64,000 nt of DNA, from the IMG/VR virus record IMGVR_UViG_3300015214_000024, positions 169,787-233,786 of that record. The stretch is one strand, 5' to 3'. Origin of the DNA: a virus (Duplodnaviria; Heunggongvirae; Uroviricota; Caudoviricetes). Position numbers and translations under genes: made by a program. Below, one piece after another: positions 29,583-41,127 of this stretch. The stretch's first letter is position 1; each line of letters opens with the position of its first letter. The notes below the pieces were generated by a model. That model had not been told where the DNA came from and ran no database searches. It saw only the letters and a program-made list of their open reading frames with translations.

Positions 29583-29762
29583 AACTGGAAGGATTTAAAT
29601 CTTAGCAGTTTGACCTATTTGAATGCTATGTTAGATTAAACTGGCCTAAAGCTGCCAATCCTAACGGATCGTGGCATAGCAAACAAGTGGGACTGCTAAA
29701 CGTACTAAGCGGGATTGGAACATGTGCGTGACTTTGCTAAGTTTCAGAGTAAATTTAGCTAT

Positions 29763-29800
29763 TCTTCAGTGGTGGAACTGGTAAACACATTAGACTAAAT
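29763..29800 (+). pseudogene. tRNA-Leu 5' half
   Basis: GUGGUGGAACUGGUAAACAC D-arm, truncated just before an endonuclease ORF. Confidence 0.5.
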
Positions 29801-29805
29801 ACATT

Positions 29806-30384
29806 ATGAAGAATAATTGGAAAGAAATTCAGGAATATTACGACAAAGGTTTTAGTATTCGAGAATTGGTTGCACATTTTAAAATTTCGACTAAGTCAAT
29901 ACATCTCGCTAAAAAGCGTGGCGAGTTTGTGACCAGATCAAAATCAGAGAGTGCTTTATTAGTAAAGAAAAAATTTGGCCAGAAGGTATTGTCAAAATCC
30001 CATAAAGATAATATATCTAATGGTATGAGGGCGGCCCATAAAAATGGTAATGCTTGGAATATTGGCCAAAGTAGATGGAATAATGAACCAAGTTGGCCAG
30101 AACAATTTTTTATGAATGTGGTCGCAAATGAATTTGACGACAAGAATTATGAATATGAAAAACCATTTCATAAATTTAGTTTAGATTTTGTTTGGGAGCA
30201 TAAAAAGAAAGTAATAGAAATTGATGGTGAACAGCACGATCGCTGCTTTGAGCAACGTAGACGTGATGAGGAAAAAGATTCGTTACTCCATCAATATGGA
30301 TATGAAATTTTACGTATCAGGTGGAAAGATATGTTTAATGATCCAAAAGTTTATATTAAACTTGCAAAAGATTTTATAAACTAA
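29806..30384 (+). CDS. DUF559/Vsr-like endonuclease
   Basis: LDF..VIEIDGEQH..D..D..L...GY.ILR. Confidence 0.82.
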   Translation: MKNNWKEIQEYYDKGFSIRELVAHFKISTKSIHLAKKRGEFVTRSKSESALLVKKKFGQKVLSKSHKDNISNGMRAAHKNGNAWNIGQSRWNNEPSWPEQFFMNVVANEFDDKNYEYEKPFHKFSLDFVWEHKKKVIEIDGEQHDRCFEQRRRDEEKDSLLHQYGYEILRIRWKDMFNDPKVYIKLAKDFIN

Positions 30385-30387
30385 TAT

Positions 30388-30459
30388 TCCGATGTAGCTC
30401 AGCGGTAGAGTCGGTGACTGTTAATCACTTTGTCGGAGGTTCGAATCCTTCCATCGGAG
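30388..30459 (+). tRNA. tRNA-Asn(GUU)
   Basis: Canonical. Confidence 0.92.
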
Positions 30460-30930
30460 CAAAAAGGAAAATGGTATGACTTGGATGATTTATCCAGATA
30501 ATATTCCAACAGAATCAGGTTATTATATGACTTTATATTATAATCCTGAACGTAATGAAGAGCTTTACAAAGCTCTTTGGTTTAGTGTTGATATTGGTAA
30601 ATGGACTGGACCTTGGCCTTGGAATTATGAATATGGGAAAGAATTTACGACCACTGATGGTCATAAAGCTCGTCCTATAATTTGGAAGGGTATTGATGTA
30701 AAGAAATATCAACCATTATCAAAAGCTCGATAATATACCCAATGTGTGTATATTGAAGGATAAAAGAAAAGATATCGGCACCTAGTTGGTCGCCGGCGTA
30801 CTATGTGAGCACAAAACCAAATAGGTATCAGATATTTGGCACAAAAGCGTCACACATAAGCGGTTTGGGAGGAGGTCCGCGGTCTTTTCAATTTTTCCAT
30901 AAATATCTAAAAGATTTGTGGAGATCAAAA

Positions 30931-31380
30931 ATGAAATTATTTGAAATAGATCAAATGAAACTTGCTGCTAAAATGCAAGCCATTATTGATGATCCGAACA
31001 CTAATGAAAATGTTAGAGCAGTAGCTAAATCAAAACTTCAACAGCTTATTGATAGTAAAGCTGGCCAAAACGTAACTTATGCTTATACTGATTTTGGTGC
31101 TACTCAAAAGATTAAAGATTACAATAAGGTTTTTATGGTAATTGATCGAACCGTAATAACTTTTAGAGATATGGTTGATTCCATTAGAAAAGTTAATACA
31201 ACTTTTGTTGATTTTGACAATGGGACAACTGATAGTAAATCACCATCAATTATACTTAAAGTCAAAGACGATGGCAATGATGTGAGTGATATAATAAAAA
31301 ATTCTATTAAATCATCTAAATTTACAGTGTCAACAGTTGACAAAATAGATGATAATATGTATAAAGCATATATACAGTGA
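30931..31380 (+). CDS. Hypothetical protein (MKLFEI start)
   Basis: GGAG RBS; TAAATA upstream. Confidence 0.65.
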   Translation: MKLFEIDQMKLAAKMQAIIDDPNTNENVRAVAKSKLQQLIDSKAGQNVTYAYTDFGATQKIKDYNKVFMVIDRTVITFRDMVDSIRKVNTTFVDFDNGTTDSKSPSIILKVKDDGNDVSDIIKNSIKSSKFTVSTVDKIDDNMYKAYIQ

Positions 31381-31464
31381 ATAGAAAATGTGGATTGAAC
31401 AATTTATTGCGTCCGTTTTAAAGTTAAGTGAACTTGAAGCGAAGATCATTTCTTATCCATAAAT

Positions 31465-31541
31465 CGGGGATTGGCCTAGTCTGGTAAGGCGCTTGCTTTG
31501 GGTGCAAGAGATCGCGAGTTCGAATCCCGCATCCCCGACCA
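31465..31541 (+). tRNA. tRNA-Pro(UGG)
   Basis: Loop UUUGGGU, CCA. Confidence 0.9.
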
Positions 31542-33213
31542 ATCTTTAAGAAAGATGGCTTATGAATGTTTATGTAGTTGTACTGCATACTAACAGTGTA
31601 GATTATGATTCTGGTTTGGTTGATGAATTCACTGACATCGTAAAGGTCTTTTCAACCCCCAATAAAGCAAATGATTTTCTAGAGGGGAAGCCTAAATCAT
31701 CCTCGGGCCCATTCAGCAAATGGTTTACTATTGAATCATATGAGGTAATTGAATAATGGCCTTTGAATGTAACAAGTGTTGGCTCGTTCCCTGTGAATGT
31801 GGTGAACAATACAAAAATATGACAGTGTATCAACTTGAAAAACTTAGAAAGATCCTGAACGACGTTATTAGAAATAGGGTTTATGAGGATTATAAACGTG
31901 ATCAATCGTGGGAAGGGCCGGGGAACAGATAAATGAAAAATGGTAAAGTAGCAGCAATAATTTCAGTAATGAAGAAGCACGGGTTTGTCGTTAGTTCAGA
32001 CATAGCTGTTGAGTTGTTAGCAGCCATTCAGACCCGAGGTGAATCCGAATATGAAATTGGCGATTTTGTAGAAATTTACGAAGGTATGGGCGAATGCGGG
32101 TTTGGCGAAATTGTTGAAATCCTTGGCAAGGGCCGCTATATGATTAACCATTGGGATATGGCGAACCAAAACTTTTCTCATAAAAGCCCAAATAGCAGTA
32201 TATCTGGCTTGTCAAGCAAAGAGGAAGCTATAGATTACTTTCTAATAAGAACTGGTCAGAAAAAATGAAATTAAGAAATATCTTTTTAGCATTAAAACAC
32301 CAGTTACCTTTTACTCGTTTATTTCGAAATTTTGTTATCACTAGAAATGCCTGGGGTTTATTTCATCAAAATTCACACATAAATCAATCGACAGGCAACC
32401 CTAAGGTTTGCTACAACACGATAAAATCGGCAACTAAAGCTGCTGAGTCGATGAAAAAGAAGCACAATAAACATTTCAGTGTTTATAAATGTGTTTTTTG
32501 TAATGGATACCATATAGGTAAGAATCGAGATAACAAATGAATAATGAATTAAAAATCACAGTGAGTGGTATGACTGGAACGGGTAAGAGTCATTTATCAC
32601 AATTGCTTAGTGAATTTTTAGAAGCAGTAGGATTTAACGTTGAAATTGATAACGACGAGTTTATTGATCTTAGCGAAAGATTGATGGAAGTAGTGTCAGA
32701 TATGGCACTACAGACTAAAATAGTTATCGAGGAAGTAAACATACCCCGCCCAGCCAGAAGGGGAAATTATCAGGAGATATAAGACCAATTGGAGGAAAAC
32801 ACAATGTTCTATGTAAAGAAATACGATGAAAATGGTGATAAGCTAGGCAAGATACGACACGATGATATCTTGGATGCATTTATGAATATGGGTCAACATT
32901 ATCGTAATTCTGATGTAGAAACTGCCAAAATGGTCGGTACTGATGGTAAAGTGTATTCTGTCTACATCAAATTTGATTAAAAGGGTGTAAGTAAAATGTG
33001 TGATCATCGAGCCTATTTTTGGGAAACTAAATCTTATGAAGACTGGAACGGTGACATTCAAGAAGAACAGAACTATGTTTCGGAAATGACATTTGTGGAT
33101 CTTGATTTACATCGATACCACTGTACTCAATGCAAAGAAGTTTTTTATTATTCAGGCGCAGCTCGAGCCTATTATGAAGACGGAGTTAAGACTGATATTA
33201 TAGGATTGGATAA

Positions 33214-33402
33214 ATGAAACACACCGTTGTGGCAGGGGAAACTCTTTGGAGTATTGCTGAAAAATACTTAGGCGATCCATTTAAATGGCCTCTATTATAT
33301 CGATTAAATTACCAAACAATCATTAAGGCCCAAAAACTTCCTGGTCGTCAAAAATTTCGCGGCCCTGATTGGATATACCCAGGTACAGTTTTGGAAGTCT
33401 AA
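33214..33402 (+). CDS. LysM domain protein
   Basis: HTVVAGETLWSIAEKY..W..IYPG.VL. Confidence 0.85.
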   Translation: MKHTVVAGETLWSIAEKYLGDPFKWPLLYRLNYQTIIKAQKLPGRQKFRGPDWIYPGTVLEV

Positions 33403-34319
33403 ATATGACTGCCTTAGACCGATGGGAGAAAGAGTTTTCTTTTAGGCTGAGTATTGACCGCTCTCCGGAAAATGACCAATATGATCGATTCAAAGATGAA
33501 TTGAATCAGCATCGAATTCCTTATATGATGATGGGAAGCCAATTAGGGTTCAAATCATCAGAAGATTTAGCAGCCGCTACTCTTTTATATTAGACCACCT
33601 TGGCTTGACTTTCGAACAGTTTACCATTATAACGCCGTTTAATGTCTATGTCCTGACGTTAAACGGCCGCCCTTCTATGAAGGCGTTAAACCATACAAAG
33701 TCTTTAAATATACGATATATGTTTGGAGACACGGAATGAATTTTGTTGTTAAGAGTGATGTTAATGATCCAAGTAAACATTTAGTCTATGTTGACCAAAT
33801 TAACGTAGGTATTGTAAGCTATCACGAATTATCTAAAACTGGATGGTATGAAGATGGGGATCGTGGTCATTTTGTTTTGATGTTTGATATTGAGTATGAT
33901 GATCTGATAAACTGCATTAGGAAATATTATGGATAAAGCGTTTAGAAGAGCCCGGCGTAGCTTCACCCAAGAACTGATAAGGAATGATGAGCGTATGCGG
34001 GAACGCTTACCCTATCACGTAATATTCAAGGACTATAATAAAAAATCTCATATCAGAGATGCAGTCCTCAATAGTGATTTAGATATCGAAATATGGAGCA
34101 GTGGCGATCTGCTTTGTTTTAAAAATGAACAAGAATATTTGGCTGCGGTTTTAATTTCGTGAATAATCATTTCCCGTTCGATCTCACAATAATTCGGACA
34201 TATGACGAATTTGATCCAGTTAAGGATCTGAAAGCATTACTTGACAAAATGGGAATAGAGTATATATTCGGCGTTGATACTTTTTATTTTAAAACTGATG
34301 ATGAAAGAGAGTTAGCCCG

Positions 34320-34898
34320 ATGGGTAAAGTGAAGACTGTAGCATTATATGCAGGATCATTTGATCCAATCACTCGCGGCCATTTGGATATTCTTGACAAA
34401 GCATTGGCCACCTTTGACGAGGTGCATCTTTCAATCGGTGTAAACCCGAAAAAAACTCGCTTATTTGATATTAAATCTATGATGGCTTTTATAGTTAATT
34501 TTGGGTCATTGATGGAGCATTTTGGCGCAGATACCTCAATAAAGCCAATTATGAAAACTGTTGGCACTTGGGAATATGAATGTTCTCATCCTGGTGTTCC
34601 AGTAGTTTTAAGAAATTTTATTGGCAGCATAACTCAACACGCTGCTGATCTAAAAGCTACTCATCTAGTCAGGGGCTTGCGCCAGGCAAGCGATTTTAAT
34701 GACGAATTTTCACTCACTGGCGTAATTGGCCACGTTAATAGTGATTTAATTATGACTCACTTTATTTGTAACGAGCGCTTTCTTCATATCAGTTCAAGCA
34801 CTGCTCGTGAATTGGCATCCTTGGGTGAAAATACCAGTTGGCTTGTCACGCCATTTGTTGAACGCGCTTTAAAGGATAAATTTAGTGATACTTTCTAA
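34320..34898 (+). CDS. coaD: Phosphopantetheine adenylyltransferase
   Basis: YAGSFDPITRGHLDI, LVRGLR..DF..E, ISSS. Confidence 0.9.
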   Translation: MGKVKTVALYAGSFDPITRGHLDILDKALATFDEVHLSIGVNPKKTRLFDIKSMMAFIVNFGSLMEHFGADTSIKPIMKTVGTWEYECSHPGVPVVLRNFIGSITQHAADLKATHLVRGLRQASDFNDEFSLTGVIGHVNSDLIMTHFICNERFLHISSSTARELASLGENTSWLVTPFVERALKDKFSDTF

Positions 34899-35166
34899 TG
34901 AAGAATATTGGGCAAACCGGCAACAGATTTTTATGGATTCTGATTTTGGTAAAGAAACTGAAGCAGAGTTTCCATATAAAATTCAATTTAATGATACAAA
35001 TAAATGTATAAGATGTTTTGATATATACAAAAACGAAATCCCAAGTCAGAACAGAAAAATGTTTCACTTTGGAATTTTATATTTTAAATATTGGTCAGAC
35101 TACCAGTTAGCTTTGGCGGTCCTGGCATCGATGGAAAAAATGAACGTCCCTAAAATTAATTAAGGG

Positions 35167-35419
35167 GAAATAGCTTGGTTTGGCATAGGTGCTAACTATT
35201 GGAGGACGCTCCAACATTGGTTGAATGAAGAGGCAGTAATCTTCGCCCGGCGCAAAATAAAGATCGGTGGGTTCCGAGCTTGGTCGGACAAGTAAGTTGG
35301 TGGGTTGCGCCTCACCTTTCTCAGCCTCCAGAGATTAATCTGCTGGTAGATTATTGGAAACAGTATGAACCCGAAAGGGAAGAGACAGAAATTACGGAAA
35401 CGGTGTAAGCCCGTTATTT
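35167..35419 (+). ncRNA. Structured intergenic RNA, unknown class
   Basis: GC-rich and ORF-free; paired ends AAAUAGC/GUUAUUU; GNRA hairpins. Confidence 0.5.
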
Positions 35420-36287
35420 TATAGGAGGTCTTGGTGGAAATTGTAATGGATGGCTATAAAATGTACATTATCAAGCACAAAGACAATGGGCAGATGATGA
35501 GATTTTTCCACGAGCAGAATTTACGCTGCGATTATGATTACTCAGCAGGTGAATATTGTTTTTACAATGAGGCAGACTATCTGGCTGCAATGATAATGAT
35601 ATGAGCAAGAAACGATTTGTGAAATTAATTCGAATCCAGGGTGAATATGCCAGACGGGTAGAATTTAAAGATTCATTAGATAAGCACGGCGTAAAATATA
35701 CTCAATATCATAACAATATTGGGCAGGAATTTATTTTTCACAAACCATCAGAATATGCGGCAGCAATGTTATTGATATGACTTACAGGCAATTTAGTTTT
35801 AAAGATGTTGACCCAAATACTCGTGTTGTGATCTTGGATGATTTTCAGCCTATGCATTTTTTTCATAAAATTTGGAAGTTAGAAGTTGATCGCGCAAATG
35901 ATATAAGTGAAGGATTGGCAGCTAATGAAATACAATACCAAGCCTATCTGAATAGAGACAATGGTAAGATAGTTTTCCATTTCAATAGTGAAGAAGATTA
36001 CACTATTGCAAAGTTTTTAGTATGAATGTAGATAAGCATCTTGAAAGATTATCGAGGCATTTTGCTACAACGTTTCCATATTTTATAAAAAAAGATTATT
36101 GTGAGTCAGATTGGTCTGATTTTTATCAATCCTTGAAAGATTATAATATTGTAACTGTTGCCCACGATGGTGGCTTTTATTTCAGAAATCACGATGATTA
36201 TTTGTTGGCACTTTTGTTGAAGTAAAGGTTGACAAAAGGTTTTCCATTTGCTAATATTAATTCATAATTTATAAACAAATATAGAAT

Positions 36288-36701
36288 ATGAAAATCTACA
36301 ATTGCCTTTATTGTGGCACTGAAAATAAATGGTATCACAGTAAGACAAACAAATACTGTAATAATGTTTGTCAAGGAAAATATAAATGGCAGTTTGAAAC
36401 ATTGCCGAGAATTCTAGCAGGTGGTGGTAAAGATCCATCAACGTTAAAAAAGTTTCTTATAGAAACAAGAGGCGAGGAATGTGAAGGTTGTAAAGTTGGA
36501 CCAATTTATAATGATTTGCCATTAGTATTACAGCTTGATCATATTGATGGTAATAGTGATAATAATTTGCCAAATAATTTAAGATTGTTGTGCCCTAATT
36601 GTCATTCACAAACTGATACATATGCGGCCAAAGGACAGGGCACTAGATATCATAAAAAGAATAATAAAAGAAATTTATATTTGCAAGCTTATAAAGCATA
36701 A
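36288..36701 (+). CDS. HNH endonuclease
   Basis: LQLDHIDGN..NN..NLRLLCPNCH. Confidence 0.88.
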   Translation: MKIYNCLYCGTENKWYHSKTNKYCNNVCQGKYKWQFETLPRILAGGGKDPSTLKKFLIETRGEECEGCKVGPIYNDLPLVLQLDHIDGNSDNNLPNNLRLLCPNCHSQTDTYAAKGQGTRYHKKNNKRNLYLQAYKA

Positions 36702-36712
36702 ATAAAATATAT

Positions 36713-36786
36713 GGGCGGTTAGTTAAATGGTATAACCTTGCTTTTACACAGCAATGTCGGGGGTTCAATTCCCTCACTGCCTACCA
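36713..36786 (+). tRNA. tRNA-Val(UAC)
   Basis: Loop UUUACAC, CCA. Confidence 0.9.
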
Positions 36787-36870
36787 CCACACAAAGCCCA
36801 TCCTTGTGATGGGCTTTGTCGTGATAAGCACTTTTTTGTAATAAATCCTTAATATTAGGAGTTTGGTGTA

Positions 36871-37368
36871 GTGAAGATCGCGTTAATTGGTATGCCCACC
36901 AGTGGCAAATCAACAATTTCAAATGAAATCACTAGACTTACTAATTATTCTCATATTGATCTTGATCATATGTTAGAGAACCGATTCGGAACAACATTGC
37001 AAGAATTTATTAATTCATATGGTGAAAATGAATTTGTAGATCAAGAAAACTCATTAATGCTTGAAATTAAATATCCAGAAGATTGCATTATTTCCACAGG
37101 CGGAAGCGTCATTTATGCCACAAGCGCGATGGAAAGGCTGAAAGCTGATGGTGTTCATTTTGTATATTTAAAAACCTCCATTTCAAAATTGGAGAAACGT
37201 TTGCACAACCAACGTGATATGCGTGGCATCATTATGCGCGGCTGTAAAAATTGGTCAGAGCTATTAGCAAATAGAAGTGTACTTTATAGTAAATATGCGG
37301 ATACCGTCATTGAAACTGACGGTTTATCTTTGAGTGATATCAGTCAAAAAATTATTGATCTGATGTGA
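36871..37368 (+). CDS. aroK: Shikimate kinase
   Basis: LIGMPTSGKST, DLD, ISTGGS, R...Y..YAD. Confidence 0.85.
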   Translation: MKIALIGMPTSGKSTISNEITRLTNYSHIDLDHMLENRFGTTLQEFINSYGENEFVDQENSLMLEIKYPEDCIISTGGSVIYATSAMERLKADGVHFVYLKTSISKLEKRLHNQRDMRGIIMRGCKNWSELLANRSVLYSKYADTVIETDGLSLSDISQKIIDLM

Positions 37369-38204
37369 TGGAGAAATTGAATCAAATGATCAAATATAAA
37401 ACTATTTGGATTAGTGATCTTCACCTTGGGAGTAAAGGAGCGTCTGCAAAAGAACTCCTTTCTTTTTTGAAATATACCGAGAGTGATAATTTATATTTGG
37501 TTGGCGATATTATTGATATGTGGCAATTGAGTAAAAAATGGTATTGGCCAAAAGCGCATAATGAAGTAGTTCAAAAAGTCTTAAAAAAATCAAGAAAGGG
37601 AACTAATGTAATTTATGTTCCTGGTAATCACGATGAAACAGTTAGAGATTTCTTACCCTTAATGCTGGGCGACATTGCTGTTGAATATGAATCAGAATAT
37701 ATTTCAGTTATGGGTGAACGATTCTTAATCACTCACGGCGATCTTTACGATGTTATTACTCGATACCATAAATGGATAGCTAAATTGGGTGATGCAGGGT
37801 ATAATTTTTTAATTAGCGTTAATAGATATTTGAATTGGTTTAGGCGAAAATTTAAAATGGGTTATTGGAGTCTGAGCCAATACGTGAAAACAAAAGTTAA
37901 AAATGCAGCATCTTTTATTGGTGATTATGAAAATTCAGTAGCAGAAGCCTGCAAGCTACGAAAATATGACGGTATTATATGTGGGCATATTCATCACGCA
38001 GAAATGCGAACAATTGATGGCGTAAAATATTTCAATGATGGTGACTTTGTTGAATCAAAAACTGCATTAGTTGAAGAACTTGACGGATCATTTGTTATAC
38101 TTTCCTGGCAGGATGATTCATTAGTCGAAATCGCTCGTTGGTCACCAAACGCCACAAATGCAATTGCTCATAAAATACCAATAGTTTTGGTTAAGGATAA
38201 TTAA
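37365..38204 (+). CDS. UDP-2,3-diacylglucosamine hydrolase-like metallophosphoesterase
   Basis: ISDLHLG, VGDIID, GNHD, HGD, CGHIH. Confidence 0.85.
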   Translation: MMEKLNQMIKYKTIWISDLHLGSKGASAKELLSFLKYTESDNLYLVGDIIDMWQLSKKWYWPKAHNEVVQKVLKKSRKGTNVIYVPGNHDETVRDFLPLMLGDIAVEYESEYISVMGERFLITHGDLYDVITRYHKWIAKLGDAGYNFLISVNRYLNWFRRKFKMGYWSLSQYVKTKVKNAASFIGDYENSVAEACKLRKYDGIICGHIHHAEMRTIDGVKYFNDGDFVESKTALVEELDGSFVILSWQDDSLVEIARWSPNATNAIAHKIPIVLVKDN

Positions 38205-39199
38205 TGAAAATATTAATAATTAGTGATTTAACATCTAAACAAATTAACGGTGTGGTCACTACTTTTCAAAATACAATTAAGGAATTGAAAAGTAGAGATT
38301 ATGAAGTGAATGAAATCAATGCTGATATGTTCAGAAGCCTGCCCTGTCCGGGATATAGGGAAATTAGACTATCGTCTGTGACTCCTAAAATCATCGGTCA
38401 ACATATTGAAAATTTTAATCCAGATTATATTCATATTGCCACTGAAGGCCCGATTGGGTTGGCGGCGCGTTCATACTTGCGTTCAATCGGTGACAAATGG
38501 TCATCAAGCTTTCACACTAAATTTGCTGAATTTGTTGAGGCTAAAATTGGCTTTGGTGCGAATCTAATATGGAAATTTTTGAAATGGGCATATAGGGACG
38601 ATGCATTCATTTTAACAACTACCTCATCGATGCGAGACGAGCTTGTCTCTCACGGTTTTAATCGAGAAAGAATAAGAACTTGGTCAAGAGGTGTTGATCC
38701 TGATATTTTTGTGCCTAATCCTTTTGGGCAAAAGGATTTAATTTTCCTAAATGTTGGACGAGTGTCTGTTGAAAAAGGCTTGGAGGATTTTTATAAACTC
38801 AATCTACCTGGTCATAAGATTCAAGTCGGCGAAGGCCCTGAATTGGAAAAATATAAGAAAAAATATCCAGATGTGGAATTTGTTGGTGCAAAGCGTGGCA
38901 AAGAGTTGGCTGCGTATTATAGAAATGCATCTGTTATGGTATTTCCTAGTAGGGCTGATACTTTTGGTGTAGTTATTATTGAGTCAATGAGGTGTGGAAC
39001 CCCGGTTGCGGCTTATCCGGTTACTGGACCAATTGATATTATTCAAAATGGTAAAAATGGTTTTATGAGTGAAAATCTATCTGACGCCATTGATGAATGT
39101 TTAAAAATTGACCGCAAAAAAGTGCTATTCAATTCAAATCAATATAATTGGAAAGATGCTACTGATAAATTCGTTAAAGCACTTATACGTAGAAAGTGA
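38204..39199 (+). CDS. GT4 glycosyltransferase
   Basis: HIATEGPIG, VGRVSVEK, FPSRADTFG. Confidence 0.9.
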   Translation: MKILIISDLTSKQINGVVTTFQNTIKELKSRDYEVNEINADMFRSLPCPGYREIRLSSVTPKIIGQHIENFNPDYIHIATEGPIGLAARSYLRSIGDKWSSSFHTKFAEFVEAKIGFGANLIWKFLKWAYRDDAFILTTTSSMRDELVSHGFNRERIRTWSRGVDPDIFVPNPFGQKDLIFLNVGRVSVEKGLEDFYKLNLPGHKIQVGEGPELEKYKKKYPDVEFVGAKRGKELAAYYRNASVMVFPSRADTFGVVIIESMRCGTPVAAYPVTGPIDIIQNGKNGFMSENLSDAIDECLKIDRKKVLFNSNQYNWKDATDKFVKALIRRK

Positions 39200-39213
39200 T
39201 AACTACTTAGTGA

Positions 39214-39780
39214 TTAATTAACTGGATCAGTGATCACTATTGTATTGCCACGTAGCATAACATTGTCTGGATTGAAATCAAAATACTCAAAATTCTTAGC
39301 AATCAAGTCTAAAGCTTTTTTAATACCTGGCTGATTTTTATCAAGCTCGTCAATTTTGGCCAACATTGTTTCCGTGCCTTCTGGGCTCATATGCGATCTT
39401 GAATTTTTAACATAGTTTAGATAGTTGTAAACTGGCGCTAGACCTAACTGTATGTATTTGGCTTTATCAACTGGTTCGAGACGTTCTATCCTTATAGCAG
39501 TATATCGGTCATTAATTTGGAACATTTTTCCTTTGATTTTTGGAAAGTGATCATTAGGATTGGATAGAGTGAGGTTGATGAATTTCTTGTACGATGAATC
39601 GTCATTGTCGAAAATTTTAACAATAGTATTTTCGCCAGGTTTAGCCCACACGCTGGCATATGCACCGCGGCCAATTTTTTCATAGCCGTTAGATTTCAAT
39701 ATGTTACCTGCCAGCCCACGTGTCCTGGGCATATCTAATTCATTTAAAATTTTGTTATTGACAAACTCATCCAATCGCAT
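39214..39780 (-). CDS. Protein-kinase-like protein
   Basis: IGRGAYASV, IVK, DFNPDNVM..ITDP. Confidence 0.7.
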   Translation of the reverse strand: MRLDEFVNNKILNELDMPRTRGLAGNILKSNGYEKIGRGAYASVWAKPGENTIVKIFDNDDSSYKKFINLTLSNPNDHFPKIKGKMFQINDRYTAIRIERLEPVDKAKYIQLGLAPVYNYLNYVKNSRSHMSPEGTETMLAKIDELDKNQPGIKKALDLIAKNFEYFDFNPDNVMLRGNTIVITDPVN

Positions 39781-39859
39781 ATATTATGGTCCATATAAAC
39801 ACACCGATATTTATTGAAAAATAAATTCGAAAAATTTACAAAAAGTTTAGAAAAAGTGG

Positions 39860-40105
39860 TTGACACGGAATAAATAGTTTTGTAAAGTATAAATACATTA
39901 GCGCAGGAAGCGCATTTTAAAAGGAATAGGGAACTTCAAATGTTTACGAAATTTGGACAATTTAAGGGACAGAAAGCTGTTGCGACAGTCGCAGCGGATC
40001 GTATGACCTTTGATTGGGCCATTACGGAGGGTGTTCGAGAATAAAGTTTAAGAAAAAACTTAATTCGAAGGGCACCCGGGAAAAGGAAACTTTCCCGGGT
40101 TTTTT
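39860..40105 (+). promoter_or_regulatory. Attenuator 3: promoter, leader 39940-40044 (MFTKFGQFKGQKAVATVAADRMTFDWAITEGVRE), antiterminator and terminator
   Basis: TTGACA and TATAAATA promoters; ACCCGGGAAA/TTTCCCGGGT-T5 terminator. Confidence 0.87.
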
Positions 40106-40116
40106 ATTACTTAAAT

Positions 40117-40191
40117 GGACGATTAGCTCAGCGGTAGAGCGGCACCTCGACACGGTGAAGGCCACTGGTTCAATCCCAGTATCGTCCACCA
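40117..40191 (+). tRNA. tRNA-Val(GAC)
   Basis: Loop UCGACAC, CCA. Confidence 0.88.
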
Positions 40192-40198
40192 AATATAT

Positions 40199-40273
40199 GG
40201 CCCTGTAGCTCAGTGGTAGAGCGGTAGACTGAAAATCTGCGCGTCGGCAGTTCGATCCTGCCTGGGGCCACCA
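40199..40273 (+). tRNA. tRNA-Phe(GAA)
   Basis: Canonical. Confidence 0.95.
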
Positions 40274-40457
40274 AGTGGAAATGCGGAACGAGACCGCTGG
40301 TAACCACTTTAAATAAACCTAAATGGGCGTGATGTGGATGAAATTGGTGGCGGTAACACCAAGAGTAAAAATCATCAATAGAGGACAAAATGATCCTCTA
40401 TAGCGGTCAAGCCAAAACGCTGGCAATATAGATCGCTGGATACAAAAGCGAAAATAT

Positions 40458-40531
40458 GGTCCTGTAATTCAATGGTAGAATAGCCGCCTGATAAGCGGTC
40501 AACGAAAGTTCGATTCTTTCCTGGACCACCA
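40458..40531 (+). tRNA. tRNA-Ile(GAU)
   Basis: Loop CUGAUAA, CCA. Confidence 0.9.
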
Positions 40532-40542
40532 ATTTATTTTGA

Positions 40543-40616
40543 CGCGCGAAGGACAAGATGGTTAGTCACAGGTCTCATAAGCCTGATCCTGGTGGGTTCG
40601 AGCACCACTCTCGCAA
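40543..40616 (+). tRNA. tRNA-Met(CAU), initiator-like
   Basis: Loop CUCAUAA; C1:A72 mismatch. Confidence 0.75.
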
Positions 40617-40622
40617 CAAAAT

Positions 40623-40696
40623 GGCTCTATGATATATGGGTATTATGCTTGACTGTCTATCAGGCAAACCGGGTTCGAGTCCCGGTAGAGTCGCCA
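40623..40696 (+). tRNA. tRNA-Asp(GUC)
   Basis: Loop CUGUCUA, GCCA. Confidence 0.88.
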
Positions 40697-40699
40697 ATT

Positions 40700-40775
40700 G
40701 CCCCAAAAGCTCAACTGGAAGAGCAGACCGCTTCTAACGGTAAGGGTGTGGGTTCGAGTCCTACTTGGGGCGCCA
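40700..40775 (+). tRNA. tRNA-Arg(UCU)
   Basis: Loop CUUCUAA. Confidence 0.9.
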
Positions 40776-41127
40776 ATTACTGTTTCGGAGGATAACGAAA
40801 TGACTATGCAGGAAGCAAGAAGCTAAAATTAGGAAAAAAGTTCAAAAAAATGGTTCCACTTTATAGGCATTTTGCTCGAGAGTGGGAAGAAGAACTTGAT
40901 TTTAGTGAAGAAATGCTGTATGAATTATACTTAAACGAGTCAAAAGGAATTGGCTCCATAAGTAGGACCAACGGTTTTGCTCACGGAAAGAAGATTTTAA
41001 GCATTACTGTTGAGATGTGGAAAGAGGATCTTTGGATAACATTGTTTCCGTGGGAATTATTCGAAGATCCTCAATTACCAGATTGGTGGATCATTAGTGT
41101 ATTCTCAATCGATAAAAAATAGGTGTT

